DNA of 64,000 bases from Gammaproteobacteria bacterium. Lineage in GTDB: Bacteria > Pseudomonadota > Gammaproteobacteria > JABCZS01. The stretch covers positions 8,947 to 72,946 of the forward strand of contig JABDAR010000005.1 of the NCBI GenBank assembly GCA_013289085.1, given 5' to 3'. Below, piece by piece: positions 9,758-18,668 of the stretch. A model generated the notes under the pieces. That model searched no databases and was not told the origin of the DNA. It saw only the letters and a program-made list of their open reading frames with translations. Numbering within the stretch: position 1 is the stretch's first letter; each line of letters starts with the position of its first letter. Both the position numbers and the translations under genes were made by a program.

Positions 9758-10328
9758 CATAAGGCCTTTGGGCACTTAACTTTTCAGGCGTAATAATATT
9801 TAATTTTGTTAACACTAAAATCAATACGGGTATTTGAAACGCTAAACCAAATGCAAAAAACATCTTGAGAACAAAATTTAAATAAGATGCAATATCCGTC
9901 ATCACTAAAACGCCTTCTGGCGCGCTGTAAATAAAAAATGAAAATGTCAGTGGCAGTACAACAAAATAAGCAAATAAAATCCCACCGTAAAATAAACTTA
10001 GACTGCCAAAAAATAAGGGCATAAAAAATTTCTTTTCATGTTTATACAGTCCAGGCGCAATAAATTTCCAAAGTTGATATAACACAAATGGAATGGCCAT
10101 GAAAATAGCAAGTGTTAGCGCTAATTTCATCGGCACTAAAAATGGTGTTGCGACATCAATCGCGATCATTTGGCTGTTTTCAGGTAAGAATTTTAGTAAA
10201 GGTTGCGCGAGCGTTGTATATAATTGTTTGGCATAAAATAATAATACTGCAAAAATAAGTGCAACGCTGACAAAGCAGCGCAATAACACTTGTCGCAATT
10301 CTAATAATTGCTCTACTGTACTGTTCAT
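9615..10328 (-). CDS. tatC: twin-arginine translocase subunit TatC
   Basis: Six-TM pattern with the family-typical LYQLWKFIAPGLYKHEKK and TPPDVISQ motifs. ATGA overlap with tatB. Confidence 0.9.
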   Translation of the reverse strand: MNSTVEQLLELRQVLLRCFVSVALIFAVLLFYAKQLYTTLAQPLLKFLPENSQMIAIDVATPFLVPMKLALTLAIFMAIPFVLYQLWKFIAPGLYKHEKKFFMPLFFGSLSLFYGGILFAYFVVLPLTFSFFIYSAPEGVLVMTDIASYLNFVLKMFFAFGLAFQIPVLILVLTKLNIITPEKLSAQRPYVIIGAFVVGMLLTPPDVISQTLLAVPLCLLFELGLFLAKQKKSNLVS

Positions 10329-10483
10329 GATTCCAGTTCACGCACGATTGCGGCTTTGATTTTTTTGAAACGTTTAATGAAACCATTCATGTGTTGCATG
10401 GCGCGGGGTAATTGTTTGGGTCCTAAGACAATTACTGCCACCACAAGGATTAATAATATTTCGCCAAGACCAATGCCGGACAT
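10325..10483 (-). CDS. tatB: TatB-like twin-arginine translocase subunit (short, 52 aa)
   Basis: Hand-translated: [54 protein letters not shown] plus GPKQLP hinge plus amphipathic helix. Start overlaps the tatA stop (TAATG) and its stop overlaps the tatC ATG. It falls below the ORF-track size cutoff. Confidence 0.75.
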   Translation of the reverse strand: MSGIGLGEILLILVVAVIVLGPKQLPRAMQHMNGFIKRFKKIKAAIVRELES

Positions 10484-10653
10484 TATTTATCCTCTTTTTT
10501 ATCATCGCTCTTATCATCTAGCGCGCGACGAAAGCTTTTTAAAGCTTTACCTAAATCTCCGCCGGAAGCGCGAATTCTTTTGGTGCCGAAAACCACGACC
10601 ACAATGAGTAAAATAATTAATAATTGCCAAATGCTAATGCCACCAAACCCCAT
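10483..10653 (-). CDS. tatA: twin-arginine translocase subunit TatA
   Basis: Hand-translated: [56 protein letters not shown], a classic TatA/E N-terminus. Not in the ORF track. Confidence 0.85.
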   Translation of the reverse strand: MGFGGISIWQLLIILLIVVVVFGTKRIRASGGDLGKALKSFRRALDDKSDDKKEDK

Positions 10654-10654
10654 A

Positions 10655-10969
10655 CTAGCCTCCTAAGATATGCACATGTAAATGAAATATAATTTGTCCG
10701 CCATTGCTACCTGTATTGATCTGAGTACGATAACCATTTAAATGGTTTTGTTTGGCGATCTTAGGAATTAACAACATCATCTTTGCCAGCAATTCGCTGT
10801 GCGATGCATCGACGTGATCTAAACTATCAATATGTAATTTAGGAATTAATAATAAATGTACTGGCGCTTTTGGATGAAGATCTTTAAACACCATAAATTC
10901 ATCATTTTCAAAAATGATATCCGCGGGTATTGTTTTATCTTTAATTTTACAAAATAAACAATCGGTCAT
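10655..10969 (-). CDS. HIT-family (histidine triad) nucleotide hydrolase
   Basis: C-terminal histidine triad HLHVHILGG. 104 aa. Confidence 0.85.
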   Translation of the reverse strand: MTDCLFCKIKDKTIPADIIFENDEFMVFKDLHPKAPVHLLLIPKLHIDSLDHVDASHSELLAKMMLLIPKIAKQNHLNGYRTQINTGSNGGQIIFHLHVHILGG

Positions 10970-11973
10970 GATTCATCCTTAAGCCACTTGGCCACTTGTT
11001 TCGCAAAATAAGTAATAATAATATCTGCACCCGCACGTTTAAATGCGAGCATGGTTTCCATCACTACAGCACGTTCATCTAGATAGCCTTTTTCGCTAGC
11101 TGCCTTTATCATCGCATACTCACCACTCACATGATAAACAACGGTAGGCACTTTAAAGGTATCTTTCACGCGGGCAACAATATCTAAATAAGGTAAACCT
11201 GGTTTTACCATCACCATATCCGCACCTTCTTGTAAATCCAGTGCAACTTCATGCAAGGCTTCATCACTGTTGGCAGGATTCATTTGATAACTGAGTTTAT
11301 TTTGTTTGCCTAAATGCGTGGCTGATTTGACTGCATCACGAAACGGACCGTAAAAATTTGAAGCATATTTTGCAGAGTAGGCGAGTAAAATAATATCTTG
11401 ATATCCTGCTGCATCTAATGCTGTTCGAATCGCACCAATACGACCGTCCATCATATCAGATGGTGCAAAAATATCAGTTCCCGCATTTGCATGCGACAAT
11501 GCTTGTTTGACTAATACGGCGACAGTTTCATCATTTAATACTTTGCCCTGTTCATCAGTCAAACCATCTTGGCCGCTTAAAGTATAAGGATCTAAGGCGC
11601 CATCGCTCATCACCCCTAAATCTGGGCAAGTTTTTTTAATGATGCGAATGGCTTGTTGAATAAGACTATTATCATCAAAAGCTGCGCTCGCATCTGCTGA
11701 TTTTTCTGCATCCCCTGCTGGAAATAAAGCCACGGCTTTAATGCCAAGAGATTGAATTTCTTTCACTTCATTAGCCAGATCTTTTAGGGGAATACGGCTA
11801 ATACCCGGCATGCTGGCAATAGCTTCTTGTTCATTTCCAGAAGTCACAAAAATCGGCATGAGTAAATCTGATGTAACCAGTTGATTTTCTTGAACTAAAT
11901 CTCTAGAAAAGGCTTGCATACGCACGCGCCGCATGCGTGTGGTCGGAAAAGATGCACGGTTAAATTCAGGCAT
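10966..11973 (-). CDS. hemB: porphobilinogen synthase (delta-aminolevulinate dehydratase)
   Basis: RMRRVR, active-site Lys regions (MVMVKPG, YHVSGEYA) and an Asp-rich metal site (DGALDPYT). 335 aa. Confidence 0.9.
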   Translation of the reverse strand: MPEFNRASFPTTRMRRVRMQAFSRDLVQENQLVTSDLLMPIFVTSGNEQEAIASMPGISRIPLKDLANEVKEIQSLGIKAVALFPAGDAEKSADASAAFDDNSLIQQAIRIIKKTCPDLGVMSDGALDPYTLSGQDGLTDEQGKVLNDETVAVLVKQALSHANAGTDIFAPSDMMDGRIGAIRTALDAAGYQDIILLAYSAKYASNFYGPFRDAVKSATHLGKQNKLSYQMNPANSDEALHEVALDLQEGADMVMVKPGLPYLDIVARVKDTFKVPTVVYHVSGEYAMIKAASEKGYLDERAVVMETMLAFKRAGADIIITYFAKQVAKWLKDES

Positions 11974-12049
11974 AATGTCCCCACTAGGTATTCATTATAA
12001 TCCTGGGTATAATACCACGTTAAGCTGTAATAAATCGAGGTCTTAAGCT

Positions 12050-13297
12050 ATGTTACTTAGTGAAAATCCTATAACACGTCATCAAACAAAAGCGGTACAA
12101 GTAGGTTCAGTCACTATTGGCGGCGGCGCGCCGGTGGTTGTTCAATCTATGGCGGATACTGATACAGCAAACATAGAAGCCACGATTCAACAAGTATTTG
12201 ATTTACATCAAGCAGGTTCTGAACTTGTTCGGATTACTGTGAATAATGAAGCCGCGGCACGTGCGGTACCCTTAATTCGTAAAGGTTTAAATGCGCGTGA
12301 TTGTTTTGTACCTTTAATTGGTGATTTTCATTATAACGGCCATCGCTTATTAAATGATTTTCCTGAATGTGCAGAAGTATTAGATAAGTATCGTATCAAT
12401 CCTGGCAATGTCGGTTATGGTCAAAAACGTGATTTGCAATTTGCCAGTATGATTGAGGTTGCGATTAAACATAATAAACCCGTTCGCATTGGTGTGAATT
12501 GGGGTAGTTTAGATCAAGATTTACTCGCAAAATTACTGGATGAAAATGCAAAATCATCAGCACCCAAACCCTTAGGTGAAATTACCCGCGAAGCACTTAT
12601 TACTTCGGCATTAAGTAGCGGAGAATATGCAGAAGAATTAGGTTTAGCTAAAAATAAAATAATTATTGCTTGTAAAGTCAGCACCGTGCAAGATTTAGTA
12701 TCATTGTATCAAGAATTAGCAAAGCGCTGTAATTATGCGTTACATTTAGGCTTAACCGAAGCGGGCATGGGTTCAAAAGGTATAGTCTCAACCACTGCGG
12801 GTTTAAGTATTTTATTACAACAAGGTATTGGTGATACCATTAGGGCATCATTGACGCCGGAGCCCGGTGCACTGCGCACAAAAGAAGTAACTGTGTGTCA
12901 AGAAATTTTGCAAGCCATAGGTTTACGTGCATTTACGCCAAGTGTAACAGCATGTCCTGGTTGTGGCAGAACAACCAGTGCCTATTTTCGTGAACTCACG
13001 CAACAAATTCAAGATTTTATTCGTAATGAAATGCCGACTTGGCGATCTGAATATCCCGGTGTGGAAAATATGAAAGTGGCTGTTATGGGTTGTATTGTGA
13101 ATGGTCCAGGTGAGAGTAAACATGCTGATATTGGCATTAGTTTACCAGGTACAGGCGAGTCCCCCGTAGCACCTGTATTTATTGATGGCGAAAAAGCCAT
13201 GACTTTGCGAGGCAGCAACATTGCCGATGAATTTAAAACAATAGTATTTGATTATGTTAAAAATAAATATGGAAATAAAGTATGTCTAAGCGATTAG
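12050..13297 (+). CDS. ispG: 4-hydroxy-3-methylbut-2-enyl diphosphate synthase
   Basis: [23 protein letters not shown] and CPGCGRT cluster motifs. Confidence 0.9.
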   Translation: MLLSENPITRHQTKAVQVGSVTIGGGAPVVVQSMADTDTANIEATIQQVFDLHQAGSELVRITVNNEAAARAVPLIRKGLNARDCFVPLIGDFHYNGHRLLNDFPECAEVLDKYRINPGNVGYGQKRDLQFASMIEVAIKHNKPVRIGVNWGSLDQDLLAKLLDENAKSSAPKPLGEITREALITSALSSGEYAEELGLAKNKIIIACKVSTVQDLVSLYQELAKRCNYALHLGLTEAGMGSKGIVSTTAGLSILLQQGIGDTIRASLTPEPGALRTKEVTVCQEILQAIGLRAFTPSVTACPGCGRTTSAYFRELTQQIQDFIRNEMPTWRSEYPGVENMKVAVMGCIVNGPGESKHADIGISLPGTGESPVAPVFIDGEKAMTLRGSNIADEFKTIVFDYVKNKYGNKVCLSD

Positions 13298-13884
13298 TGT
13301 TAGCCAGTGGCAATCAAGGCAAGGTAAAAGAATTGGCGCAAATGTTGGCTGATTTTGATTATGAAGTATTGAGCCAAACAGAATTAGGTATAGAATCCGT
13401 GCCTGAAACGGCACTTACTTTTGTAGAAAATGCTTTGCTTAAAGCAAGGCATGCTTGTGAGCGAACAGGATTGCCCTCTATTTCTGATGATTCTGGATTA
13501 GTTGTACCTTATTTAAATGGTGAACCGGGTGTGCATTCGGCGCGATTTGCAGGCGAGCATGGCAATGATAAAAAAAATATTCAATTATTATTACACGAAT
13601 TAATTGATGTAAGCAGCGAAGATCGCAAGGCATATTTTGTATCGGTCTGTGTATTTATGCGCACAGCAAATGATCCAAGTCCAATTGTGACGCAAGGTGT
13701 TTGGCATGGTAGTATTTTATTTGATCCTATTGGGGAATATGGTTTTGGTTATGATCCCGTTTTTTATGTGCCTACGCATCATTGTAGTTCAGCGCAATTA
13801 GATCCGGATATTAAAAATCAAATCAGTCATCGAGGACTTGCAATGATGCAGTTGCGACAAGAGTTGGCACAGTGCCTGCGATAA
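13282..13884 (+). CDS. rdgB: dITP/XTP pyrophosphatase (RdgB/HAM1 family)
   Basis: [24 protein letters not shown] and SHRG motifs. Confidence 0.9.
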   Translation: MSKRLVLASGNQGKVKELAQMLADFDYEVLSQTELGIESVPETALTFVENALLKARHACERTGLPSISDDSGLVVPYLNGEPGVHSARFAGEHGNDKKNIQLLLHELIDVSSEDRKAYFVSVCVFMRTANDPSPIVTQGVWHGSILFDPIGEYGFGYDPVFYVPTHHCSSAQLDPDIKNQISHRGLAMMQLRQELAQCLR

Positions 13885-15017
13885 TTCCCCTGTCGTTATA
13901 CATTCATTTTCCCTGGTGCACGAGTAAATGTCCTTATTGCGATTTTAATTCGTATGCAAAAACAGCAGAACCTATTCCAGAATCTGATTATATCGCAGCG
14001 CTGAAACAAGATTTGTTTAACGATTTAGACAAAGTTCAAGGACGCAAGCTTACCAGTATTTTCATGGGTGGCGGAACACCCAGTCTTTTTTCATCTACTT
14101 CCATAGAAAATTTATTAGATTTTATCCAGCAACATATTCCCTTTGAAAAAAATATTGAAATCACTTTGGAGGCTAATCCTGAATCGTTAGATTATAAAAA
14201 ATTAGTAGGTTATCGCGCAGCGGGTGTGAATCGTATATCCATAGGCGTGCAAAGTTTTAATGGTGAGCAATTAAAAAAATTAGGTCGTGCACATGGTCAT
14301 GCACAAGCGTGCGCCGCCATAAGCGCTACGCAAAAAGCAGGCTTTTCAAATTACAATATTGATTTAATGTATGGTTTACCCAAGCAAACTGTTAGTGAGG
14401 CATTAAATGATTTAGAAGAGGCGATGAGTTTTTCGCCACCACATTTATCTTGGTATCATTTAACATTAGAGCCGAATACAGTTTTTTATACAAAACCGCC
14501 TAAACATTTGCCTTCCGACAATCGTTTAATTGAAATTGAACAAACAGGGCGGGAATTTCTAGTAGATAAAAATTTAGAACGCTACGAAATTTCTGCCTAT
14601 GCGCGTTTAGGTCGCATGGCACGCCATAATTATAACTATTGGGAATTCGGTGATTATTTAGGCATAGGTGCAGGTGCACACGGTAAAATCACAGATTTAA
14701 CCTCGGGCACAGTCCTGCGTCTATGGAAACTACGTACACCTAAGACTTACTTAAACAAAGAAAAGAATTATATGGGCGGCCAAAAAATATTAACCCCAGA
14801 AGATTTGAAACTGGAGTTTTTAATGAATAGTCTGCGTTTAACCAAAGGCTTAAATAAACAATTATTTACTGAGCGTACGGGTCTTGAATATGCCGAAATC
14901 GAGCCTGCAATCGCTGCGTTACAAGAAGAAAATTTAATACATAAAAGTGATGAGAGATTACAGTTAACTGAGCAGGGGCTATTATTTTTAGATGAGATTT
15001 TAGCGCGGTTTGTTTAG
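13872..15017 (+). CDS. hemW: radical SAM heme chaperone HemW (HemN-like)
   Basis: LYIHFPWCTSKCPYCDF (CxxxCxxC) and the usual rdgB-hemW adjacency. Confidence 0.85.
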   Translation: MPAIIPLSLYIHFPWCTSKCPYCDFNSYAKTAEPIPESDYIAALKQDLFNDLDKVQGRKLTSIFMGGGTPSLFSSTSIENLLDFIQQHIPFEKNIEITLEANPESLDYKKLVGYRAAGVNRISIGVQSFNGEQLKKLGRAHGHAQACAAISATQKAGFSNYNIDLMYGLPKQTVSEALNDLEEAMSFSPPHLSWYHLTLEPNTVFYTKPPKHLPSDNRLIEIEQTGREFLVDKNLERYEISAYARLGRMARHNYNYWEFGDYLGIGAGAHGKITDLTSGTVLRLWKLRTPKTYLNKEKNYMGGQKILTPEDLKLEFLMNSLRLTKGLNKQLFTERTGLEYAEIEPAIAALQEENLIHKSDERLQLTEQGLLFLDEILARFV

Positions 15018-15103
15018 TAGTTTTTTATCCTACAGTCAAATACTTGACTTACTTAGATAACCCAGGTAAGATGACAACCAATTATTTATGTAGGAGAGCT
15101 AAC

Positions 15104-15721
15104 ATGTTTAATGGTGACGACGATCTTTTGTTTGGTGGCCAGAGTCTTGTGCTGGATTTTGAGGACTCTAGTGAAGATTTTAGCGATGTTATCAGTCCTA
15201 TCCTTTCTCTGGTAGCAACTGCAACACAAAAAAATATAGCGCTTAAAGCACAGATTGATAATTTAAAAATACAATGGAATGAGCAGTTACATACAAATCA
15301 TATTAAAATACTGCAATTTTTAATGCGGTTTAGTGGCATAGAACAGCTTAATCTTATAGAACAGGTTTTTGTTGGTTTTTATCTGCCTGGAGATGTGCTT
15401 GTTTATCAGTTAATTGAACAATTGCAGCCAGAACAAACACAAGCAGCTACTCAAATGCCGCTGTCTGAGCTTGAAAAGCTAAACCATGAAAATATTAAAT
15501 TAGAACAAACTATACAGTTGTTTACCAGCTCAATATTACAATCGAATTTTAATGCTTGTAGATTGATACCAACAACCCAGACTGATACATCAAATACAAG
15601 TAAAGGAATGCAAAAAACATGGCAAGATTCGAAGAGCAGTTCGTCTAGTCAACCCGGAGTTTTTACTTTTATTGATGAAACAGCGGATATTATCGCTATT
15701 TATAATAAAAATAAAAAATAG
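15104..15721 (+). CDS. hypothetical protein (orphan, acidic N-terminus, Ser-rich tail)
   Basis: Start moved to ATG 15104, which has TAGGAGAG 5 nt upstream. No recognisable domain. Wedged between hemW and the 3' end of pyrB. Confidence 0.5.
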   Translation: MFNGDDDLLFGGQSLVLDFEDSSEDFSDVISPILSLVATATQKNIALKAQIDNLKIQWNEQLHTNHIKILQFLMRFSGIEQLNLIEQVFVGFYLPGDVLVYQLIEQLQPEQTQAATQMPLSELEKLNHENIKLEQTIQLFTSSILQSNFNACRLIPTTQTDTSNTSKGMQKTWQDSKSSSSSQPGVFTFIDETADIIAIYNKNKK

Positions 15722-15738
15722 TATTGAGCTAATTTTTT

Positions 15739-16659
15739 TTATAATTGTGGGTTTGCTAATAATGACATCACGGTCATGCGCACGGCAATGCCGTTAGTGA
15801 CTTGTTGTAAAATGACAGAATGTGTGCTGTCAACCACCTCACTTGCAATTTCAAGACCGCGATTAATGGGGCCTGGATGCATGACTAACACGTCTCTTTT
15901 TGCGTAACTTAAACTTTCTAGAGTGACGCAGTATTGTTTGCAATATTCTTCTTTCGAAAAATCATTTGCTTGCATGCGCTCTAATTGTGGGCGTAATACC
16001 ATAATGATATCAACATCTTTAAGACCTGTGGCTAGAGAGTGAAATACTTTCACGCCCAAATTTTCTGCATTGTCTGGCAATAGAGATTTCGGTGCAATCA
16101 CACGAATATCGGGAACGCCCAAAATTTTCAAGGCTTGAATGTCAGAATGCGCAACGCGTGAATGTAAAATATCACCGACGATAGCAATACTTAAATGTTT
16201 AAAATCTTTTTTATTTTGTTTAATGGTGAGCATATCAAGCAAAGCTTGCGTGGGATGTTCATGCGTGCCGTCGCCCGCATTAATCACATGACCATTTTCT
16301 TTTAACAAATCTGCGATCAATTGTGGCGTACCATTCTCATTGTGACGTACGACAAAAATATCACATTGCATAGCTTGCAATGTAAGCACAGTATCTTTTA
16401 GTGATTCACCTTTTTTGGTAGAAGAACTTTGGATATCAAAATTCAAAACCTCAGCCCCTAATTTTTTCGCCGCCAATGTGAATGTACTACGGGTTCTAGT
16501 GCTGGGCTCAAAAAATAAATTCACCACAGTTTTACCCGCTAAATAAGCAGGTGCCGCTTCGACAATCTTTCCTTCAGGTGTCAAAAACTGTTCCGCAAGG
16601 CTTAAAATGTGGTTTAGACCTTGGGCATTGAGATGTTCTAGAGTGAGTAAATGGCGCAT
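15739..16659 (-). CDS. pyrB: aspartate carbamoyltransferase catalytic subunit
   Basis: STRTR, HPTQ and HPGP motifs. 306 aa. Confidence 0.9.
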   Translation of the reverse strand: MRHLLTLEHLNAQGLNHILSLAEQFLTPEGKIVEAAPAYLAGKTVVNLFFEPSTRTRSTFTLAAKKLGAEVLNFDIQSSSTKKGESLKDTVLTLQAMQCDIFVVRHNENGTPQLIADLLKENGHVINAGDGTHEHPTQALLDMLTIKQNKKDFKHLSIAIVGDILHSRVAHSDIQALKILGVPDIRVIAPKSLLPDNAENLGVKVFHSLATGLKDVDIIMVLRPQLERMQANDFSKEEYCKQYCVTLESLSYAKRDVLVMHPGPINRGLEIASEVVDSTHSVILQQVTNGIAVRMTVMSLLANPQL

Positions 16660-16712
16660 GTCTTTATTATATCATTTTCTTATGGCTATGCATATGAAAG
16701 CTGCAGGAATCA

Positions 16713-16928
16713 TTGCATTTGCTTAAAAAATTAAACATTAACACACATGCCCCTGCACATTCAGGTTCGTGTTCGCATCCACATCAGCAGGAAGATACAC
16801 TTTCACTTAATGGTGACAATGAGGACGAAGAAGAAAAAATGCCATTATTGAATGAGCCATCACAAACAAATACTGAAAATATCAAGAAAAATGATGGTAA
16901 AAGTAAAAAATTATTCTTTTGTTGTTAA
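16713..16928 (+). CDS. possible small acidic protein ending in polybasic-FFCC
   Basis: TTG start with no clear RBS. 71 aa with an acidic middle (NGDNEDEEEK) and the C-terminus KKNDGKSKKLFFCC. Coding status is uncertain. Confidence 0.25.
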   Translation: MHLLKKLNINTHAPAHSGSCSHPHQQEDTLSLNGDNEDEEEKMPLLNEPSQTNTENIKKNDGKSKKLFFCC

Positions 16929-16939
16929 GTGATTATTTT

Positions 16940-18379
16940 TTAAGTCTCCATAAATAAATTTCCAAAATCGATGATTTCGGAAAAAAATTCGCTGCCAATC
17001 ACGCCGTCCTGTACACCATTCACGTGAATGAGTACGGGGCGGTATGAAAAATTTTTAGGAATATTTAATGCATTTATTTTCTGTTTCATTTCTTGAATGA
17101 CGTCAAGGGTAATTGGATCTCGTGAAAATTTTATTTCACAGATATATAAACAATTGAATCGAGTTTGAATTAAATAATCGATTTGACAGCCTGGTATTTT
17201 AATTGTTTTACGTTGAAAATAAGGATTATCATATACAATTTCATCCGGTGCAATATGTAATAATTTGTGTAATGCTACCTTATTATTTAATACTAAATTT
17301 TCGAATTGTAAGCCTAAGATAGTGTCCCATGCTGGAAGGGTGCCTAAAGATCTTTCAGTAAAGGCATCACGAATTATTTTTTCTTGATTCGGTAAAATAT
17401 ATTTTAAGTAAAACCGGATATAATTATCTTTAATTCTATATTGGCATCGGGGTGTTTCGCGATGTGTTTTAATATGCCAGGAAAAGCACTTAGCTACAAA
17501 ACCCGCTTGAATCAAATCCTCCAAATATTCTGTATACACACCGCTTCTTTCTATTTGTAAAAAATCAAAAATATCCTGCATCTGTGCCTGCGGCTTAACT
17601 ACTAAGGCCATTAATATTTTTTTATAAGTTTCACTACGTCTACCAAAAAGATCGGTAAAAATTTGATCAAATTCATGGAATAACATGCCTTCTTTAATAA
17701 AACATAAGCGTTTAATGTTTTCTTCTGCTGATAACTGTGTTTGTATATTTTCTAAATAATTAGGAATGCCTCCGGTCACTGATAAACATTTAAATTTTTC
17801 ATAAGAAGAAATCTTATCTTTTTGCGCACCCCAGAAATCATTGCATTCTGCCAGTGTCAATTCTTGCAGTGTGATGGTTAAAGTGACTCGGCCTACAAAT
17901 CCAGTACTGCTTAAAATATTTTTTTCAATCCACATGGAAATGGAGCTACACAGCACTAATATTAAGCGGTCATTTTGCTTAAAATACAGATCCCAGGAAT
18001 TTTTTAATTTGCCTAAAAAAGTGCTATCACTTTGTGCCATCCAAGAAATTTCATCCAGCAAAATTACCACACGTCCCTGTGTTGTTTGCTGCGAAAGGTG
18101 CCAAAATAAATCTCCCCAATCATCAAATTTTAAATATGGCCCATTAAGCTGTCGCGCCATTTGCCGAGAAATTTCATCGCGCTGATCTTGTGCAGTCATA
18201 CCTGGTGTATGTGGTAAACCGGATAGGGCAATCATATGATAAGGTCGGCCAAACTCAGTCACTAGACGACTTTTCCCTACACGCCGTCGCCCCTTAATGA
18301 CCACCAAACTTGCGCTTTTCTTACTAACCAGTTGATTAAGAAGAGATAATTCTCTTTTTCTGCCTATAAATGTGCTCAT
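16940..18379 (-). CDS. AAA+ ATPase (archaeal-ATPase/DUF234-type) with PD-(D/E)xK-like C-terminal domain
   Basis: Walker A GRRRVGKS and Walker B ILLDEISW. The C-terminus QIDYLIQT...LYICEIKF fits a D...ExK nuclease-fold motif. Start set at ATG 18379, which has an AGGAG RBS; the upstream ORF-track extension is just a translation of the repeat array. Confidence 0.7.
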   Translation of the reverse strand: MSTFIGRKRELSLLNQLVSKKSASLVVIKGRRRVGKSRLVTEFGRPYHMIALSGLPHTPGMTAQDQRDEISRQMARQLNGPYLKFDDWGDLFWHLSQQTTQGRVVILLDEISWMAQSDSTFLGKLKNSWDLYFKQNDRLILVLCSSISMWIEKNILSSTGFVGRVTLTITLQELTLAECNDFWGAQKDKISSYEKFKCLSVTGGIPNYLENIQTQLSAEENIKRLCFIKEGMLFHEFDQIFTDLFGRRSETYKKILMALVVKPQAQMQDIFDFLQIERSGVYTEYLEDLIQAGFVAKCFSWHIKTHRETPRCQYRIKDNYIRFYLKYILPNQEKIIRDAFTERSLGTLPAWDTILGLQFENLVLNNKVALHKLLHIAPDEIVYDNPYFQRKTIKIPGCQIDYLIQTRFNCLYICEIKFSRDPITLDVIQEMKQKINALNIPKNFSYRPVLIHVNGVQDGVIGSEFFSEIIDFGNLFMET

Positions 18380-18393
18380 ATAACTCCTATATA

Positions 18394-18489
18394 TTTTGCA
18401 CAAAATAGCATAAAAATCAATTTTGTGCAAAATAAAAGACAAAAAAATATTGCACAAAATAGAATTCAACACTGTTTTGTGCAAAATAA
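18394..18489. promoter_or_regulatory. four phased TTTTG(CA/TG)CAAAATA(G/A) sites upstream of the ATPase gene
   Basis: TTTTGCACAAAATAG at 18394-18408, TTTTGTGCAAAATAA at 18421-18435, ATTGCACAAAATAG at 18449-18462 and TTTTGTGCAAAATAA at 18475-18489. Spacing is about 27 bp. The core is a near-palindrome, TTTTG-NN-CAAAA. Confidence 0.6.
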
Positions 18490-18511
18490 TTATAAGAGGA
18501 TTAAAATTATT

Positions 18512-18534
18512 ATGCCGCGAACGAGTCGCGGCAT
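18512..18534 (-). terminator. GC-rich hairpin terminator ending the radical-SAM cassette
   Basis: ATGCCGCGA-ACGAG-TCGCGGCAT is a perfect 9-bp stem. On the minus strand it is followed by AATAATTTTAAT. Confidence 0.6.
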
Positions 18535-18551
18535 ATAAGGGAGAAACGCGG

Positions 18552-18668
18552 TTAGTTCAGCTTTTGTTCTTGTTTTTGCTCTTTCTCTTTCTCATCTGTC
18601 GCAGGGCAAGCCAGTGTTACAGCTGAAAACCCAAATAATAATGCAGTAATCGCGAGAAAATATTTCAT
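18552..18668 (-). CDS. 38-aa signal-peptide/lipoprotein-like small ORF coupled to the radical SAM gene
   Basis: Hand-translated: MKYFLAITALLFGFSAVTLACPATDEKEKEQKQEQKLN. Its ATG overlaps the TGA of the upstream gene (ATGA), and an AAAGGAG RBS lies 8 nt upstream. Below the ORF-track cutoff. Confidence 0.5.
   Translation of the reverse strand: MKYFLAITALLFGFSAVTLACPATDEKEKEQKQEQKLN

Noticed and set aside
10308-10607. Plus-strand 99-aa ORF
   Set aside because: It lies antisense to the hand-translated tatA and tatB genes, which have textbook sequences and coupled junctions with tatC.
18380-18484. 35-codon N-terminal extension of the ATPase ORF, and the plus-strand ORF at 18423-18626
   Set aside because: The extension is simply a translation of the four-site repeat array. 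An AGGAG RBS precedes the internal ATG at 18379. The plus-strand ORF crosses the terminator hairpin and runs antisense to the small signal-peptide ORF.
18394-18489. Possible CRISPR array (regularly spaced repeats)
   Set aside because: There are only four units of about 15 bp with spacers of about 12 bp, far below CRISPR repeat and spacer sizes. No cas genes are present. An operator array is the better reading.
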